Virus record (IMG/VR): IMGVR_UViG_3300012940_001187
Coordinates: 1-59,178 of that record
DNA length: 59,178 bases
Reading direction: 5' to 3' (one strand)
DNA from: a virus
Taxonomy: Duplodnaviria; Caudoviricetes
Shown here: one piece after another, positions 9,167 to 19,460 of the stretch
How positions within the stretch are numbered: the first letter of the stretch is position 1
Layout: every line of letters starts with the position of its first letter
Notes under the pieces: generated by a model
Database searches by the model: none
What the model was told of the DNA's origin: nothing
What the model saw: the letters and a program-made list of their open reading frames with translations, nothing else
Program-made: the position numbers and the translations under genes

Positions 9167-12100
9167 CTAGTCGTCATCGAGCCATTCGGCGGCGAAGTCA
9201 GCGCCGCGCTCCGCGTTCTCGAGCAGCTGCATGAACTCCGGAGTCCGCAACTGCTGGTTGACGATGACCTTCTTGAGGATTTGGCTAGGAACCGCCGATC
9301 CAAGCGGAGACTGGGCGTACGCGACGAGCGCACGCTGTTGCTGCGTGCCGGCGAAGCCCGTGTTCAGATAACGGAGAAGGTCGCTCGTGTTCGCCCGTGG
9401 CAACGTGATCAGCGCGGCGAGCGCGTCGGCGATCGGCTGCTGCCACCGCTGCACGGATTGGAAGAGGCCTAACCCCAGCATGTCGCCGGTATATGCCGTC
9501 TTCTTGGATGGCGAGCGGATCAGACCGGCAGCATTCGCCGCAGAGATGCCCGCTGAGACGATTCCTGCCATCGAGGCAGCGACCCGGAGGGCATATGCGG
9601 CGAGGCCCGCGAGCAGTCCTTCGCCGAGCGAAGATGCGATCCCATAGCCATCGCTGTAGAGGTTGTATCGGGTCATGGCGGCAACCATCGCCGCCATGAT
9701 GTTGACTGCCTGACCCGCCATTTGCAGCGTGCTGCCGACGACCCCGCTCCGCATCCCCTCGGCGGAATTGGTGACCCCGGAACGCATCGAATCCGCAGAT
9801 CCGGTAACGCCGGACTTCATGCCGCTTGCGGAGTCGGCACTGTTCTTGGCCATGCCTCCGATGGCCGAGCCGACTCCGGACTTCATACCGGTCGCCGACC
9901 CGATGGAGCTCGTTCCCATATCGGAGAAGTCGCCGCTGACCGAGGCGGTTGCCGTCGAGAGCCCGGCAAAACCGCTGCTGCTTAGCGCTCGAAATGCGTT
10001 CGTGACGGTGTCGGTGACTTTCGGGGTATCACCGAGCAAGCGGCCGAACGAGCTCGTTCCACGGACCGCCGCGTCGATCGCACGGGGGGCATCGGTGCCA
10101 ACGGTGGCGTTGAATCGGGCCAGATCGCGCGCCGCAGCGAGCGCTTGCGTACCTATGTTTCGATACGTCTTCCCGTTTTCATCCGGCGTCGGCGTCCCCT
10201 GCGTCGGAACCTCAGTCGGTGTCTCGGTCGGCGTCGCGGACGGCGTGGTCGTTGCCGGCGGATTAGCCTCGGGCGCCGGCTCGGGTTCCGCTTCGGTCGG
10301 ATTGAGCAGCTTCCTCAGATCGCTCGGCTTGATCCGCTTCGCAGCCGAGGTGATGGCATCGGCCGTCTTCCGTGCTTCGTCTTGCACCCTGCGGAACGCG
10401 TCGGCGACGTTCTGTGGTACCGGATCTTTCTCCGGCGGGAACAGATCGTTGAGATTGATCGTCGGGATATCCGGACCGAGCGGGTTGAGCTTATTGATTC
10501 CCTTGGCGATCGTGTTGTAGGTGTTGACGATTCGCCGAATGATCGGCTCGAGCAGGTTTTCCAGCGCGTTGAACGCCGACGAGAAGGGCTTCGTGATCGC
10601 ATCGGCGATTTGGGAGCCAACACTCGAGAGCGTGTCGAGACCCGGAATGTTATTCACGAGCAGGCTGAAGCCGTTGCTCAGCCAAGTGCCGATCGCGCCG
10701 CTAATATCGCTCCCGTCGAGATCGCTCCACAGGCCTGTCACGAAGCTGATGACCTTCGGCCCGAGCTCGCCCAGGTACGCCAGGATCGTGGGGATCGACT
10801 GAACGACCGCGAGCATGCCGGCCGTCAGCCAGCCGACGATATTGCTCCCGATCGACCCGTAATCGAGATTCGCAAAGAGCCCAACGACGAAACCGATAAC
10901 CCGCGGTCCGAGCTCGCCGAGGTAGGCCATCACCGTTGGGATTTGCGCCACAACCGCGAGCATCGCACTGATCAGCCAGGAAACGATCTTGCCGGCGATC
11001 TCGCTTCCATTCAGGGTGTCCCACAGGCCTGTCACGAAGCTGATGACACGCGGCCCGAGCTCGCCGAGGTAGGCGACGACGGTCGGGATCTTCTCGACCA
11101 CCCCAAGCATCGCGTCCTGCAACCAGGCGACGACCTTGCCGGCGATTTCTCCGTAGTCGAGGTCTTCAAACAGGCTTGCGACGAAGGTCGCGACCCGGAG
11201 ACCGAGTTCCCCGAGATACGCCGCGACAGTCGGAATCTGCTCGACGACGGCCAGGAAGCCACGCTTCAACCAGTCGAGCACGTTTGCTGTCGTATCCGAC
11301 GTTGCCAGATCGACAAAGAGACCAGCGACGAACGTGGCCAGTCGCAGGCCAAGCTCGCCAAGATACGCCGCGACGGTGGGAATCTTCTCGACCACGCCGA
11401 GCATCGCCCGGCCGAGCCAACTGACGACATTTGCGGTGGTATCGGAGGTGACGAGATCGACGAAGAGGCCGGCGACGAAGCTCGCAATTCTAAGGCCGAG
11501 TTCGCCGAGATACGCCGCGACCGTGGGAATCGCCCCCACGACCGCCGTCATGCCGCGCTGCAACCATCCGGTAACCCGGCCGGCGACTTGCTCACCGGAA
11601 AGGAGATCGAATGCCTCCGACACGAATGTCGAGACATCGGTGCCGATCTGATTCCAGTCGACCTGCGCGAGCTCCCCGGAAATCCAGTCGTAGACCTGGC
11701 TGCCGATCTCTCCGATGCCGCTGAGGATGTCGGCGCCGAGATCGAGCGCACCCTGACCGATGTCACCCCAGGGGATCGCACGGAGGGCATCACCGAGCAG
11801 GCCAATTCCGGTCCGAGCGTTATCGAGCATCCCTCCGCCGAAGTCTTTGAAGAGATCGACGAAGTCACCGAGGAGACGCTTGCCGACGGTGAGGGCTCCG
11901 GCCCAGTCGCCTTGGAAGAGCTCCTGCACAAGGCGACCGCTATCGGTCGCGATGTCGCCGAGATTTCCGAGAAGCTTGTTGACGCTTCCGAACGGCGTTT
12001 GAATCCCGCGCAGGAATTCGCCGGCGGCTTTCGGCAGAGCGCTGAGCGCGTCGCCGAATCCGGCCAATAACTTCCGGCCGCTCTTGCCGAAGAGCGCGTC

Positions 12101-14350
12101 CATCGCGCCCTTCAAGCCGCCCTTCTTGAAGGCCTTAGCGATGTCACCTAAGGCATCGCCCATCTTCCCGAAGGACTTCTTCCAGCGGCCGAGCAGCCCG
12201 TTCAGCGCCGATCCGAGCGAGGAGAAAACGCTGGAAATGATCTTCTTGACCGGTGCGAGCACGCGATCGAGACTGCCCAGCAGGTTGGTTCCGAAGATCG
12301 AATCGATGAGCGCCGCGAGTTCGCGGAACGGCCCGAAGAGCGTGCGGACGATCAGGCGCTCGAGCACCTTCAGGGCGCCGCTGATGTCGCCCTGGAAGAT
12401 CTCCTGCACGAGGCGGCCGATATCGACCAACGTGCGCGAGATGCGCTGGATGAACATGTCGACGGGTTTGAAGCCCGTCGAGATCGAGCCGAGCGCCTCG
12501 CCGAGCATCTTGGGCAGCGAGGCCAATGCGTCGCCGATGCCGGCCAGGAGTTTCCTGCCGAGATCGCCGAACAGCGCATCCAGACCCGCGCCGAAGCCAC
12601 CCTCTTGGAAGGCATCGTTGATATCGGCAAATGCGCCCTTGATCTTGTTGAACGCGTCGAGCGCGCGTTGGACTCCGGAGCCGATGGCGTCGAAGAACCC
12701 GACGACCGGCAACCCCGTCACCATTTTGATCGCGGCGCCGAGGTTGTGGAACGTTCGCTCCAGATCGGTCATCGCGTCGGCGGCCGATCGGATCGGATTG
12801 ACGATGCCACCTGTGGCATCGTCAACAAAGCCCATCGTCCGGCCAACGCTGGCGACGGAGTCCTGGAGCGTATGGAAGGTGTCGATGATCTTGGAGATGG
12901 TGCCGGTGATCTTGCCGAACACGGAGCTCAGCGCGTCCCCGATCCCCAGGAAATTGGTCTTCCATGCCAGGCCGACCAGCGCGACGGCCGCGACGAGCGC
13001 AAGCAGCCACGGACTTGCCAGCGACAACGCGCGCAGAGCGTTCGCGAGGATCGGAATCTCTTTCGACAGCGTCCGGACGGCGTTCACCGTGCTGAGGATT
13101 CGGGGAGCCAACAGCAGGAACCCGCCGCCGACCAGCGACAACATGCCGGCAACGCCGATACCGGCCGCGATCACCTTCTGCCAGGTCGGCGACAACTCGA
13201 GGAATGCCGTGACCAGTCCGGTGGCCGCGTCGGTGGCCGCCTGCATGAATGGCAGCAATTGAGTGCCGACGACGATCATCACGCCTTCGATGGCACCGCG
13301 GAGCTGCTCGATAGACCCTTTGAGGTTGTCCATCCGCTCGGCGCTGGCAGCAGCTGCGGTTCCCTGCGCCTGCATGTCATCGGTCAAGCCGCGCACGCCA
13401 TCGCCGCCGTTCTGCGAGGCGAGCGTCATCACATCGAGGGCGTCGGCACCGAAGATCGTGCTCAGAGCGGCGGTGCGCTGCTCGTCCGACATGCCGGCGG
13501 TCGCCGCAGCGACCTGGTCGAACAAGGCCGGGAACCCGATGAACTTGCCCTGAGCGTCGAACGCGGCAATGCCGAGCTCGTCCATCTTGGAGGCGGCTTC
13601 GGTCGTCGGATCAGCGAGCCGGGTATAGGCGGAGGTGAGCGAGGTGCCGACCTCGGCGGCGCTCAGGCCGAGCGAGTTGAAGTAGGCGATCTCCGCTGCC
13701 GCCTCTTCGAAGGACATCCCCGTACTGGAGATGACGGGAGCCAACCGCGCGATCCCGGTCTGAAATTCCGACATCGTCGCCGAGCTGGCGTTCATGCCGG
13801 ACACGATGATGTCGGCCGCCCGGCCAGCTTCCAGCCCGGTGTCCTGGAAGAGCAACAGCATCGCCGACATGGTTTCGGACGACTGCTGCAGGCCTTCGCC
13901 GGTGGCCTCGGAGATGTTGACCGCGGCTTGCGCGCCACCGTTGAGGATGTCTTCAACGGAGGTACCAGCTTTGGCCATGAGCTCCATGGCCTGGGCGGCT
14001 TCGATCGCGCTGGCGGAGGTGGTCGCACCGATGCGCTGGGCTTCAGTCGATAGCGCACTGAACTGCTGTTGGGTAATGCCGGTTGCGGTGCCGACGCCGT
14101 TCAGAGAGGCGCCGACCCCATCCATCGCCTGTTCGAAATTGGCGGCGGTATTGAGCGCTAGTCCAAAGGCGCCAACGACGCCGGCGCCGAAGGCAGCCAA
14201 CCCCTTCCCGAGCCCCTGCACATTGCCGGACTCGAGGGTGCTTTTCTTGAGACCCAGGAGCGAGTCACGAACGGTGTTGACCGTCTTGACCGCGTCCCGG
14301 GCCTCAATCTGGATTGATGCTGTGGCTGTTCCGTAATCGTAGCCCGGCAC
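9167..14350 (-). CDS. Tape measure protein
   Basis: About 1730 aa, Ala/Gly-rich, TP901-type core (FEQAMDGV...AAQAMELMAKAG...IFGADA...MDNLKG); likely GTG start at 14350. Confidence 0.95.
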   Translation of the reverse strand: MPGYDYGTATASIQIEARDAVKTVNTVRDSLLGLKKSTLESGNVQGLGKGLAAFGAGVVGAFGLALNTAANFEQAMDGVGASLNGVGTATGITQQQFSALSTEAQRIGATTSASAIEAAQAMELMAKAGTSVEDILNGGAQAAVNISEATGEGLQQSSETMSAMLLLFQDTGLEAGRAADIIVSGMNASSATMSEFQTGIARLAPVISSTGMSFEEAAAEIAYFNSLGLSAAEVGTSLTSAYTRLADPTTEAASKMDELGIAAFDAQGKFIGFPALFDQVAAATAGMSDEQRTAALSTIFGADALDVMTLASQNGGDGVRGLTDDMQAQGTAAAASAERMDNLKGSIEQLRGAIEGVMIVVGTQLLPFMQAATDAATGLVTAFLELSPTWQKVIAAGIGVAGMLSLVGGGFLLLAPRILSTVNAVRTLSKEIPILANALRALSLASPWLLALVAAVALVGLAWKTNFLGIGDALSSVFGKITGTISKIIDTFHTLQDSVASVGRTMGFVDDATGGIVNPIRSAADAMTDLERTFHNLGAAIKMVTGLPVVGFFDAIGSGVQRALDAFNKIKGAFADINDAFQEGGFGAGLDALFGDLGRKLLAGIGDALASLPKMLGEALGSISTGFKPVDMFIQRISRTLVDIGRLVQEIFQGDISGALKVLERLIVRTLFGPFRELAALIDSIFGTNLLGSLDRVLAPVKKIISSVFSSLGSALNGLLGRWKKSFGKMGDALGDIAKAFKKGGLKGAMDALFGKSGRKLLAGFGDALSALPKAAGEFLRGIQTPFGSVNKLLGNLGDIATDSGRLVQELFQGDWAGALTVGKRLLGDFVDLFKDFGGGMLDNARTGIGLLGDALRAIPWGDIGQGALDLGADILSGIGEIGSQVYDWISGELAQVDWNQIGTDVSTFVSEAFDLLSGEQVAGRVTGWLQRGMTAVVGAIPTVAAYLGELGLRIASFVAGLFVDLVTSDTTANVVSWLGRAMLGVVEKIPTVAAYLGELGLRLATFVAGLFVDLATSDTTANVLDWLKRGFLAVVEQIPTVAAYLGELGLRVATFVASLFEDLDYGEIAGKVVAWLQDAMLGVVEKIPTVVAYLGELGPRVISFVTGLWDTLNGSEIAGKIVSWLISAMLAVVAQIPTVMAYLGELGPRVIGFVVGLFANLDYGSIGSNIVGWLTAGMLAVVQSIPTILAYLGELGPKVISFVTGLWSDLDGSDISGAIGTWLSNGFSLLVNNIPGLDTLSSVGSQIADAITKPFSSAFNALENLLEPIIRRIVNTYNTIAKGINKLNPLGPDIPTINLNDLFPPEKDPVPQNVADAFRRVQDEARKTADAITSAAKRIKPSDLRKLLNPTEAEPEPAPEANPPATTTPSATPTETPTEVPTQGTPTPDENGKTYRNIGTQALAAARDLARFNATVGTDAPRAIDAAVRGTSSFGRLLGDTPKVTDTVTNAFRALSSSGFAGLSTATASVSGDFSDMGTSSIGSATGMKSGVGSAIGGMAKNSADSASGMKSGVTGSADSMRSGVTNSAEGMRSGVVGSTLQMAGQAVNIMAAMVAAMTRYNLYSDGYGIASSLGEGLLAGLAAYALRVAASMAGIVSAGISAANAAGLIRSPSKKTAYTGDMLGLGLFQSVQRWQQPIADALAALITLPRANTSDLLRYLNTGFAGTQQQRALVAYAQSPLGSAVPSQILKKVIVNQQLRTPEFMQLLENAERGADFAAEWLDDD
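10700..11580 (-). repeat. Six tandem 147-bp (49 aa) repeats in tape measure gene
   Basis: IPTxxAYLGELG recurs six times at 147-bp spacing; ends approximate. Confidence 0.9.
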
Positions 14351-14831
14351 CGCTGTCCCCCGGTTGCGCTGAGGCATCCGGTGCGTTGAGCACCGAATCG
14401 CCGATCAGCAACCGGGCGAACTCGTCGGGATCACCAGTCCAGGCATCGAGGAGTTCTGCGACCTCCGCCTCTTGAGCAGGGCTCAGAGCGGTGGTGGTTG
14501 CATCTTCTAAGTTGAGTAATGCCGCGAGACTCTTGTACTTCGGTACGGCGACCTTCGGTCGCTGCTTCTTTCTCGTCGGCGCATCTTTCAGGATGGTGGC
14601 TTCTTTGCGCTTGTCGATCTCATCGCCAAACATCGCAACAGCCACATCAAACGCGAATGCAAAACGCCGGATCGTGGCATTGGAGTAACCGCGCGTACGG
14701 AGCGCATCCGCAATCCCGCTCGCCTCGCTCGGTGGCCCCATGCTCGGGTACCGCCGGCAGACGAGATCGAGCAGATAGAGTTCAAGCCTCCGGGGTATCA
14801 GCGTCGCGAAAGGCATCCGCGACGTCCGCAT
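14304..14831 (-). CDS. Tail assembly chaperone, downstream (frameshift-extension) ORF
   Basis: Overlaps 3' end of upstream chaperone in the +1 frame; precedes tape measure. Confidence 0.65.
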   Translation of the reverse strand: MRTSRMPFATLIPRRLELYLLDLVCRRYPSMGPPSEASGIADALRTRGYSNATIRRFAFAFDVAVAMFGDEIDKRKEATILKDAPTRKKQRPKVAVPKYKSLAALLNLEDATTTALSPAQEAEVAELLDAWTGDPDEFARLLIGDSVLNAPDASAQPGDSGAGLRLRNSHSINPD

Positions 14832-15396
14832 CCTCCCCGTTCAAGAGACCGACGAAGGCGGCTTTATCCATCATCCGGATCGATTCGACCCAGATGCCGC
14901 CGTTGTCCCGCGCCTCCTGTTTGTCGAGATAGACCCGGGGCTCGATCGCGGCGGTAACGAGTGCGGCATCCATAAGCGGACGCAGGGAAGGCAGCTTCCC
15001 CAGCGCGATCACAAGATCCGCTTGGTTCTGCGTGTTCTGCAGCGCCGTGAAAACTTCAGCGTTTTGCACGATGTCGCTCAATCCGGCCATCACCTGAGCG
15101 GTGAAGTCGGCAGGGAAGTTTCCCTCGAGGATCACGTCACCGAGCTGAAGCCGGCGGCACCGGATGAACAGAAAACTGTCCGGGAAGGTCGCGGCAAGCC
15201 GGAACTCGAACGTGTCGTCGGCGCTGTCCTCACGCTCGTAGAACAGCCGCGGATCGACGATCGCTTTCTGCTGCTGGGCAATGCCGGGGGTGGCGGCGAT
15301 CCCCGGGGTATAGGAGATGTTCTCCTGGGAGATCGCCGCCTTTTTCGACTTGCTGCTTCGAGCCGATGTGCTGGTTGCACTCCTTGGGGTTGGCAT
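14782..15396 (-). CDS. Tail assembly chaperone
   Basis: Between major tail and tape measure genes; AAGGAG SD. Confidence 0.75.
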   Translation of the reverse strand: MPTPRSATSTSARSSKSKKAAISQENISYTPGIAATPGIAQQQKAIVDPRLFYEREDSADDTFEFRLAATFPDSFLFIRCRRLQLGDVILEGNFPADFTAQVMAGLSDIVQNAEVFTALQNTQNQADLVIALGKLPSLRPLMDAALVTAAIEPRVYLDKQEARDNGGIWVESIRMMDKAAFVGLLNGEDADVADAFRDADTPEA

Positions 15397-15483
15397 CGCT
15401 TCTCCTTGCGCTTTCTGCTGCGCTTCGTGCGGATCGCCGCACTACCTGCGTTTCGCCAATCGATCGCTACTTTGGGTGGTGGA

Positions 15484-16038
15484 TTACGGCGTTGGCACGT
15501 ATGGGAGACCGACGGCCGTCTCGAACTGCCGGCGTACGAAGAGCACGCCGTCAACGGCCACGCCCTCGAAATCGAGAGACGGGTTGTTCCACTCATTGAT
15601 GTTCAGCGACTCGTTGAGACCGCCGGTGACCATCATCTTTTTCGCCTCGATCTGGTACTCGGACCCCGCCACATCGGCAGAGGGAGCAGCCACCTGCACG
15701 GCAAACCAGTTGATCGTCAGGCTGTCGAGCTCCTCGAGCTCGCTTATTTGATTCGGGGTCGTGCCGCTTGTCTCAACCGTGCCGCCCTTCATGATGGCAA
15801 GCGACGCGAGGTTGACGATGGCCACTTCGACGCTGGCACTGAACTCTTTGATGCCCGGGGCGTAGGCCAGGCGGCGGTTATCGCCTTCGTTGGGATCGCC
15901 GTCCTGGGAAACCGACGGCTCGAAGTTGCGGATACCGGGCACATCCGCCCAGGTTCCGACCGTGTTGTTCGCGCCCGTAACAGGCGCGACTCGCATATCC
16001 TCAATGCCACGAGCCTGCTCACCAAACCCAGCCATCAT
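15484..16038 (-). CDS. Major tail tube protein
   Basis: 184 aa acidic beta-rich protein upstream of chaperones; AAGGAG SD. Confidence 0.75.
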   Translation of the reverse strand: MMAGFGEQARGIEDMRVAPVTGANNTVGTWADVPGIRNFEPSVSQDGDPNEGDNRRLAYAPGIKEFSASVEVAIVNLASLAIMKGGTVETSGTTPNQISELEELDSLTINWFAVQVAAPSADVAGSEYQIEAKKMMVTGGLNESLNINEWNNPSLDFEGVAVDGVLFVRRQFETAVGLPYVPTP

Positions 16039-16298
16039 CCAACTCCTTGCCGGGAATCACGCCCGACGTACTCCTCTTCGTCCCGGACGTGCATGCCGGT
16101 GACGAGATCGAACAGGTGATAGGTGCGATAGCCGGTAGCGGCATGCGCTCTCCGGCACTGCACTCGCAGAAAACGGCCGTTAATCACCGATCCGTGGTAG
16201 GAGCCGTCCTTGCATTTGAGCGGCACCACCGTGCGGGTCTGAAAGTCGGCCGGGTCGAATGCCGCCAGCGGCGATTGATCGCGGGAATCCACGATCAC
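16035..16298 (-). CDS. Hypothetical protein
   Basis: GTGA overlap with upstream stop; stop overlaps major tail start. Confidence 0.55.
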   Translation of the reverse strand: MIVDSRDQSPLAAFDPADFQTRTVVPLKCKDGSYHGSVINGRFLRVQCRRAHAATGYRTYHLFDLVTGMHVRDEEEYVGRDSRQGVG

Positions 16299-16879
16299 CA
16301 GCCCATCGCCGATTTGAGCGACTTGTAGGAGCGGTATGCCTCCGCTTCCCCGAGCCGGACAGCTTCCGGCGTCTGAAAGACGTCGGCGAAGAGATTCGCG
16401 GTCGCGGCCGTGATCGGCTCGACGTCGGTGTCGCCCGCATAGCCAATGACGCGAAACTCCTTGCCGGAACTGGATGACTTGATGAGATCCGCGTCCCGAA
16501 CTGGAACCTTTTGGATGTAGGAGCCTAGCGTGCCAGGTCTTGCGTACTTCTTCTTGCCGAACATCCAGACCTGCGACAGGTGAGGAATCTGGCCGAATCC
16601 GTTTCCGGGGCGCATGATTCGCCGCGTTTTGCCATCGACCCTTCGGATTGACTTTTCGGCAATCAAGCGCACGGCCTGCTTCTTGAACAGAGGCAGCTTG
16701 TCGCCGAGCATCAACGACTGGATCGTCGGTGAGTCGGTAGGTGTCGGCTGCCCGATCCATTCCAGCCAGACATAGCCTCGCTCCGGCTCGACGGCTTTGC
16801 CGTCACCGTCGAGTGCGACTTTGTCGGGTTGGATCAATACGAGCTCTGGCATCGCTTCGTTCTCTGGCACGAGTTCCAA
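16295..16879 (-). CDS. Hypothetical protein in tail module
   Basis: ORF fills gap in late operon; start uncertain. Confidence 0.65.
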   Translation of the reverse strand: MELVPENEAMPELVLIQPDKVALDGDGKAVEPERGYVWLEWIGQPTPTDSPTIQSLMLGDKLPLFKKQAVRLIAEKSIRRVDGKTRRIMRPGNGFGQIPHLSQVWMFGKKKYARPGTLGSYIQKVPVRDADLIKSSSSGKEFRVIGYAGDTDVEPITAATANLFADVFQTPEAVRLGEAEAYRSYKSLKSAMGW

Positions 16880-16888
16880 ATGGCACCG

Positions 16889-17089
16889 TTATTCGCCTGA
16901 TTTGGTACTTTCTGGAACTTCGCTCGACACACTGTCTTCCGGATCGGCGATCTTTTCCCACCTCGGATTTCCGTGCGGCCGGAACCGGTATCCCGATGGT
17001 ACCATCGTCGTTTCCGCCAGCTCCTCATCAAGCTTGGCAATTTGGGACACGTCGAGTTCGTTCGTCTTTTCAGCGTTCCGACCACGCAT
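16889..17089 (-). CDS. Small hypothetical protein
   Basis: 66 aa, co-oriented, AAAGGA SD. Confidence 0.45.
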   Translation of the reverse strand: MRGRNAEKTNELDVSQIAKLDEELAETTMVPSGYRFRPHGNPRWEKIADPEDSVSSEVPESTKSGE

Positions 17090-17095
17090 GGTGTT

Positions 17096-17575
17096 TCATC
17101 CTTTCCAACGAATGCCATCCAATTGGAGGCTCAATTCGGCCGAAACCGCATTCGGGAGCACTGGGTCATCCTCGAATTGCGTGCGGTTCGCAATGCTGAC
17201 AATCGCCGCGGCCCCATAAGTCGCGACGGGGATCGATTTGCCGCGTAGGAGGTCGATGACGCTTGTCATCACTGCCTCCATGCGGTCTTTCTCGGTTTGG
17301 TGCGGTCGGCAGTAGAAGACAATCCGCGGCGCGCCGATATAGGCGCCTGGCGGGCCGAACAGATTCGCCGGCTCCGGACCATCGAGGATGGAGGCGCAGC
17401 GCAAGATCCGGCCATCCGCGTCGAAGGCCTGCGGCGTCGATCCCGGTGTCGGCGTGGAGCCTTTCGCCACGTTCTGTTTGACCCGGCGTGTCCAGACCAA
17501 CCCCGGCAGCTCAGCCATGATGGCCGACGCTTCCTTGATGCGCCGCTCGATTTCCTTAACGGCCGATTGACTCAC
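17096..17575 (-). CDS. Tail terminator-like protein
   Basis: GTG start with GGAGG SD; synteny after neck genes. Confidence 0.55.
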   Translation of the reverse strand: MSQSAVKEIERRIKEASAIMAELPGLVWTRRVKQNVAKGSTPTPGSTPQAFDADGRILRCASILDGPEPANLFGPPGAYIGAPRIVFYCRPHQTEKDRMEAVMTSVIDLLRGKSIPVATYGAAAIVSIANRTQFEDDPVLPNAVSAELSLQLDGIRWKG

Positions 17576-17577
17576 GG

Positions 17578-17940
17578 TTACCTCCGCAGAATCGCGCGAC
17601 TGAGCCGGTCCTGAAGCCGCGGCGCCATCGCAAGCAGTGAATCGCGCAGAACGCCGTAGCGACCGCCCCACCGATATTCGAGGAAGATGCCGTAGTAGAC
17701 GCCGTGCATGAGCTTGACGATCCAGCCGGTGCCGGTCTTGATCACGATTGCGTGTAATCCAGCCTCGGCTTCACCAGTGCGGTTCTGCCACTCGTGATTC
17801 GCCTTCGCCCAATCGGCCCATTCCCCGGCAAACCCGCGCAACTCGCCTTCGACGTTCTCCGGGATGCGCACCGCGAGATCGGCGAAGCCGTCGATCATCT
17901 GATCGATCCCGCTATCCCACTCGATCCGCGACTGCACCAT
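17578..17940 (-). CDS. HK97 gp10-like tail completion/neck protein
   Basis: AKANHEWQNRTG...HGVYYGIFLE motif. Confidence 0.75.
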   Translation of the reverse strand: MVQSRIEWDSGIDQMIDGFADLAVRIPENVEGELRGFAGEWADWAKANHEWQNRTGEAEAGLHAIVIKTGTGWIVKLMHGVYYGIFLEYRWGGRYGVLRDSLLAMAPRLQDRLSRAILRR

Positions 17941-17944
17941 TGCC

Positions 17945-18598
17945 CTACCCTACCGATTCCGCCGCACCCGCATCGGTGCGCACCGCAATCTCGATCGCTC
18001 CGTCGATTGCCTCATGCACTTCAGTGACTTCGCCGCCGGCAAGTTCCGGCACGATGTCGCCGATCTCGACATTGGCGGAGGCGTCGAGCCTGAGCCAGAC
18101 CGTGACCGGTGTGCCGATCGATCCGGCACCGACGATCGCGTTGCGGGTATCGCTCGTCAGCTTCCGGGCGAAATAGGGGCCGAATCGCTCTTCGGTCTCG
18201 GTATCCTGGTTGAAACGAATGAACGTGAAGGGATCACCTTCGCTCGCCCATTCCTCCCTTGTGCCAAACGAGGTTTCCGATACGGTGAGGCTGCCCGAGC
18301 TGACCGCGCCGATAACGATGGTGATCAGCCCGTAATCCTCGGTATCGGCGGTGACGCGATCGCCGATCGCCACTCCGGTGCCGACATCGCAACGCATGCG
18401 CCAGGTCATCAGCCGCTGACCGGTCGTCTCATCATCCGGCTGTGCCGCCACCGGCTGGCCCCGCTGGGCCCTGATCGAGCAGGGGACGCCAGACCGATAG
18501 ATGAACCATGCTCCGCTTGCGTCCTGCCGCTCGATCGTCGCCGTCGCGCGGTAGAGCACCTCTGCCACACGGCTGCGGGCATGCCCCAGGTTCATCAT
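17945..18598 (-). CDS. Head closure / head-tail joining protein
   Basis: Synteny; two IGD-V beta modules. Confidence 0.55.
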   Translation of the reverse strand: MMNLGHARSRVAEVLYRATATIERQDASGAWFIYRSGVPCSIRAQRGQPVAAQPDDETTGQRLMTWRMRCDVGTGVAIGDRVTADTEDYGLITIVIGAVSSGSLTVSETSFGTREEWASEGDPFTFIRFNQDTETEERFGPYFARKLTSDTRNAIVGAGSIGTPVTVWLRLDASANVEIGDIVPELAGGEVTEVHEAIDGAIEIAVRTDAGAAESVG

Positions 18599-19014
18599 CG
18601 GAGTGCTCTCCCTCGCCGGCCGGGTGCCCGGCCAAAGACGGTCAAGCGACCACCGTCGGGCGCGAATGGCTGCAATTCATCCATCGCTCGAGCGTGGAAC
18701 CAGGCTGCTCGATTGTCCGCATCACCGTCCGCGATGGTGTACGAGTACTCGTCGCCGAATTTCTCCGAGGTGAATGACTGGCTCGAGCCGACGAATCGTT
18801 CGGCCACGAGGTACATCGCGGCGCGGCGGAACGCTTCCCGATCCTCGCCCGTCGCCGTCTGCGACTGGGGGTACTCACGGGCCAGCCAAGCCTCAACCGC
18901 GCCGGCGTACGGTGCCGAATAGATCACCTCGTCCGGCAGATCGGTCGCCGTGAGCGTGGGTGAAATGAGCCGGCGGATCGCCGCTGCGTCTTCCGGCCCG
19001 TCAAGCAGGGGCAT
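18595..19014 (-). CDS. Head-tail connector (adaptor) protein
   Basis: AIRRLI...DLPDEVI...SEKFGDEYSYT; position after capsid. Confidence 0.65.
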   Translation of the reverse strand: MPLLDGPEDAAAIRRLISPTLTATDLPDEVIYSAPYAGAVEAWLAREYPQSQTATGEDREAFRRAAMYLVAERFVGSSQSFTSEKFGDEYSYTIADGDADNRAAWFHARAMDELQPFAPDGGRLTVFGRAPGRRGRALR

Positions 19015-19019
19015 GGTGA

Positions 19020-19460
19020 TTATTCCTGCTCGCCGGTCTCATCCGCCTGGTCATCGCCGGTTGTGGCCGCCTTCTTTTTCTTCGACCGCTGGCCACCGGC
19101 CGGAGCCTGATCGTCCTGCTCAGAAGTTTGGGCGCCTTCGTCATCGCCCTCTTGCGGCCCTTCGTTCTCGCTCGACTTTCCCTCTTCGTCCGGGCCAGCG
19201 TTCTTTGTTCCGGAATCAACATCGCTGTCAGCCGGTGCGCTGGATTTCTCGGCATCACCGGTCTCAGGCGCGGATTCCTCGATTCGCACGATCCGGCCGG
19301 ATGCAAGCGCCTTGAGCACCGCCGGAGTCTCGGCCACCTCATGCTCGCTGCCATCGCCGGCGATGTAGGCCTCGCCGCCCGGATGGTCCTTATCGGTGTC
19401 CCAGAGCGCGACCCTGTGATCCCTCTTCGCTGCCTTGACGCGAATCAACTTGCTCATCAT
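19020..19460 (-). CDS. Hypothetical protein with acidic disordered tail
   Basis: ATG at 19460 with GGAGG SD; follows capsid. Confidence 0.65.
   Translation of the reverse strand: MMSKLIRVKAAKRDHRVALWDTDKDHPGGEAYIAGDGSEHEVAETPAVLKALASGRIVRIEESAPETGDAEKSSAPADSDVDSGTKNAGPDEEGKSSENEGPQEGDDEGAQTSEQDDQAPAGGQRSKKKKAATTGDDQADETGEQE

Noticed and set aside
10700-11580. Regularly spaced repeats as a CRISPR array
   Set aside because: Degenerate in-frame protein repeats, no unique spacers, no cas genes
10145-14053. Long plus-strand ORFs (641, 392, 482 aa) and similar antisense ORFs over the tail, capsid, portal and helicase genes
   Set aside because: Shadow frames of GC-rich coding sequence with no motifs
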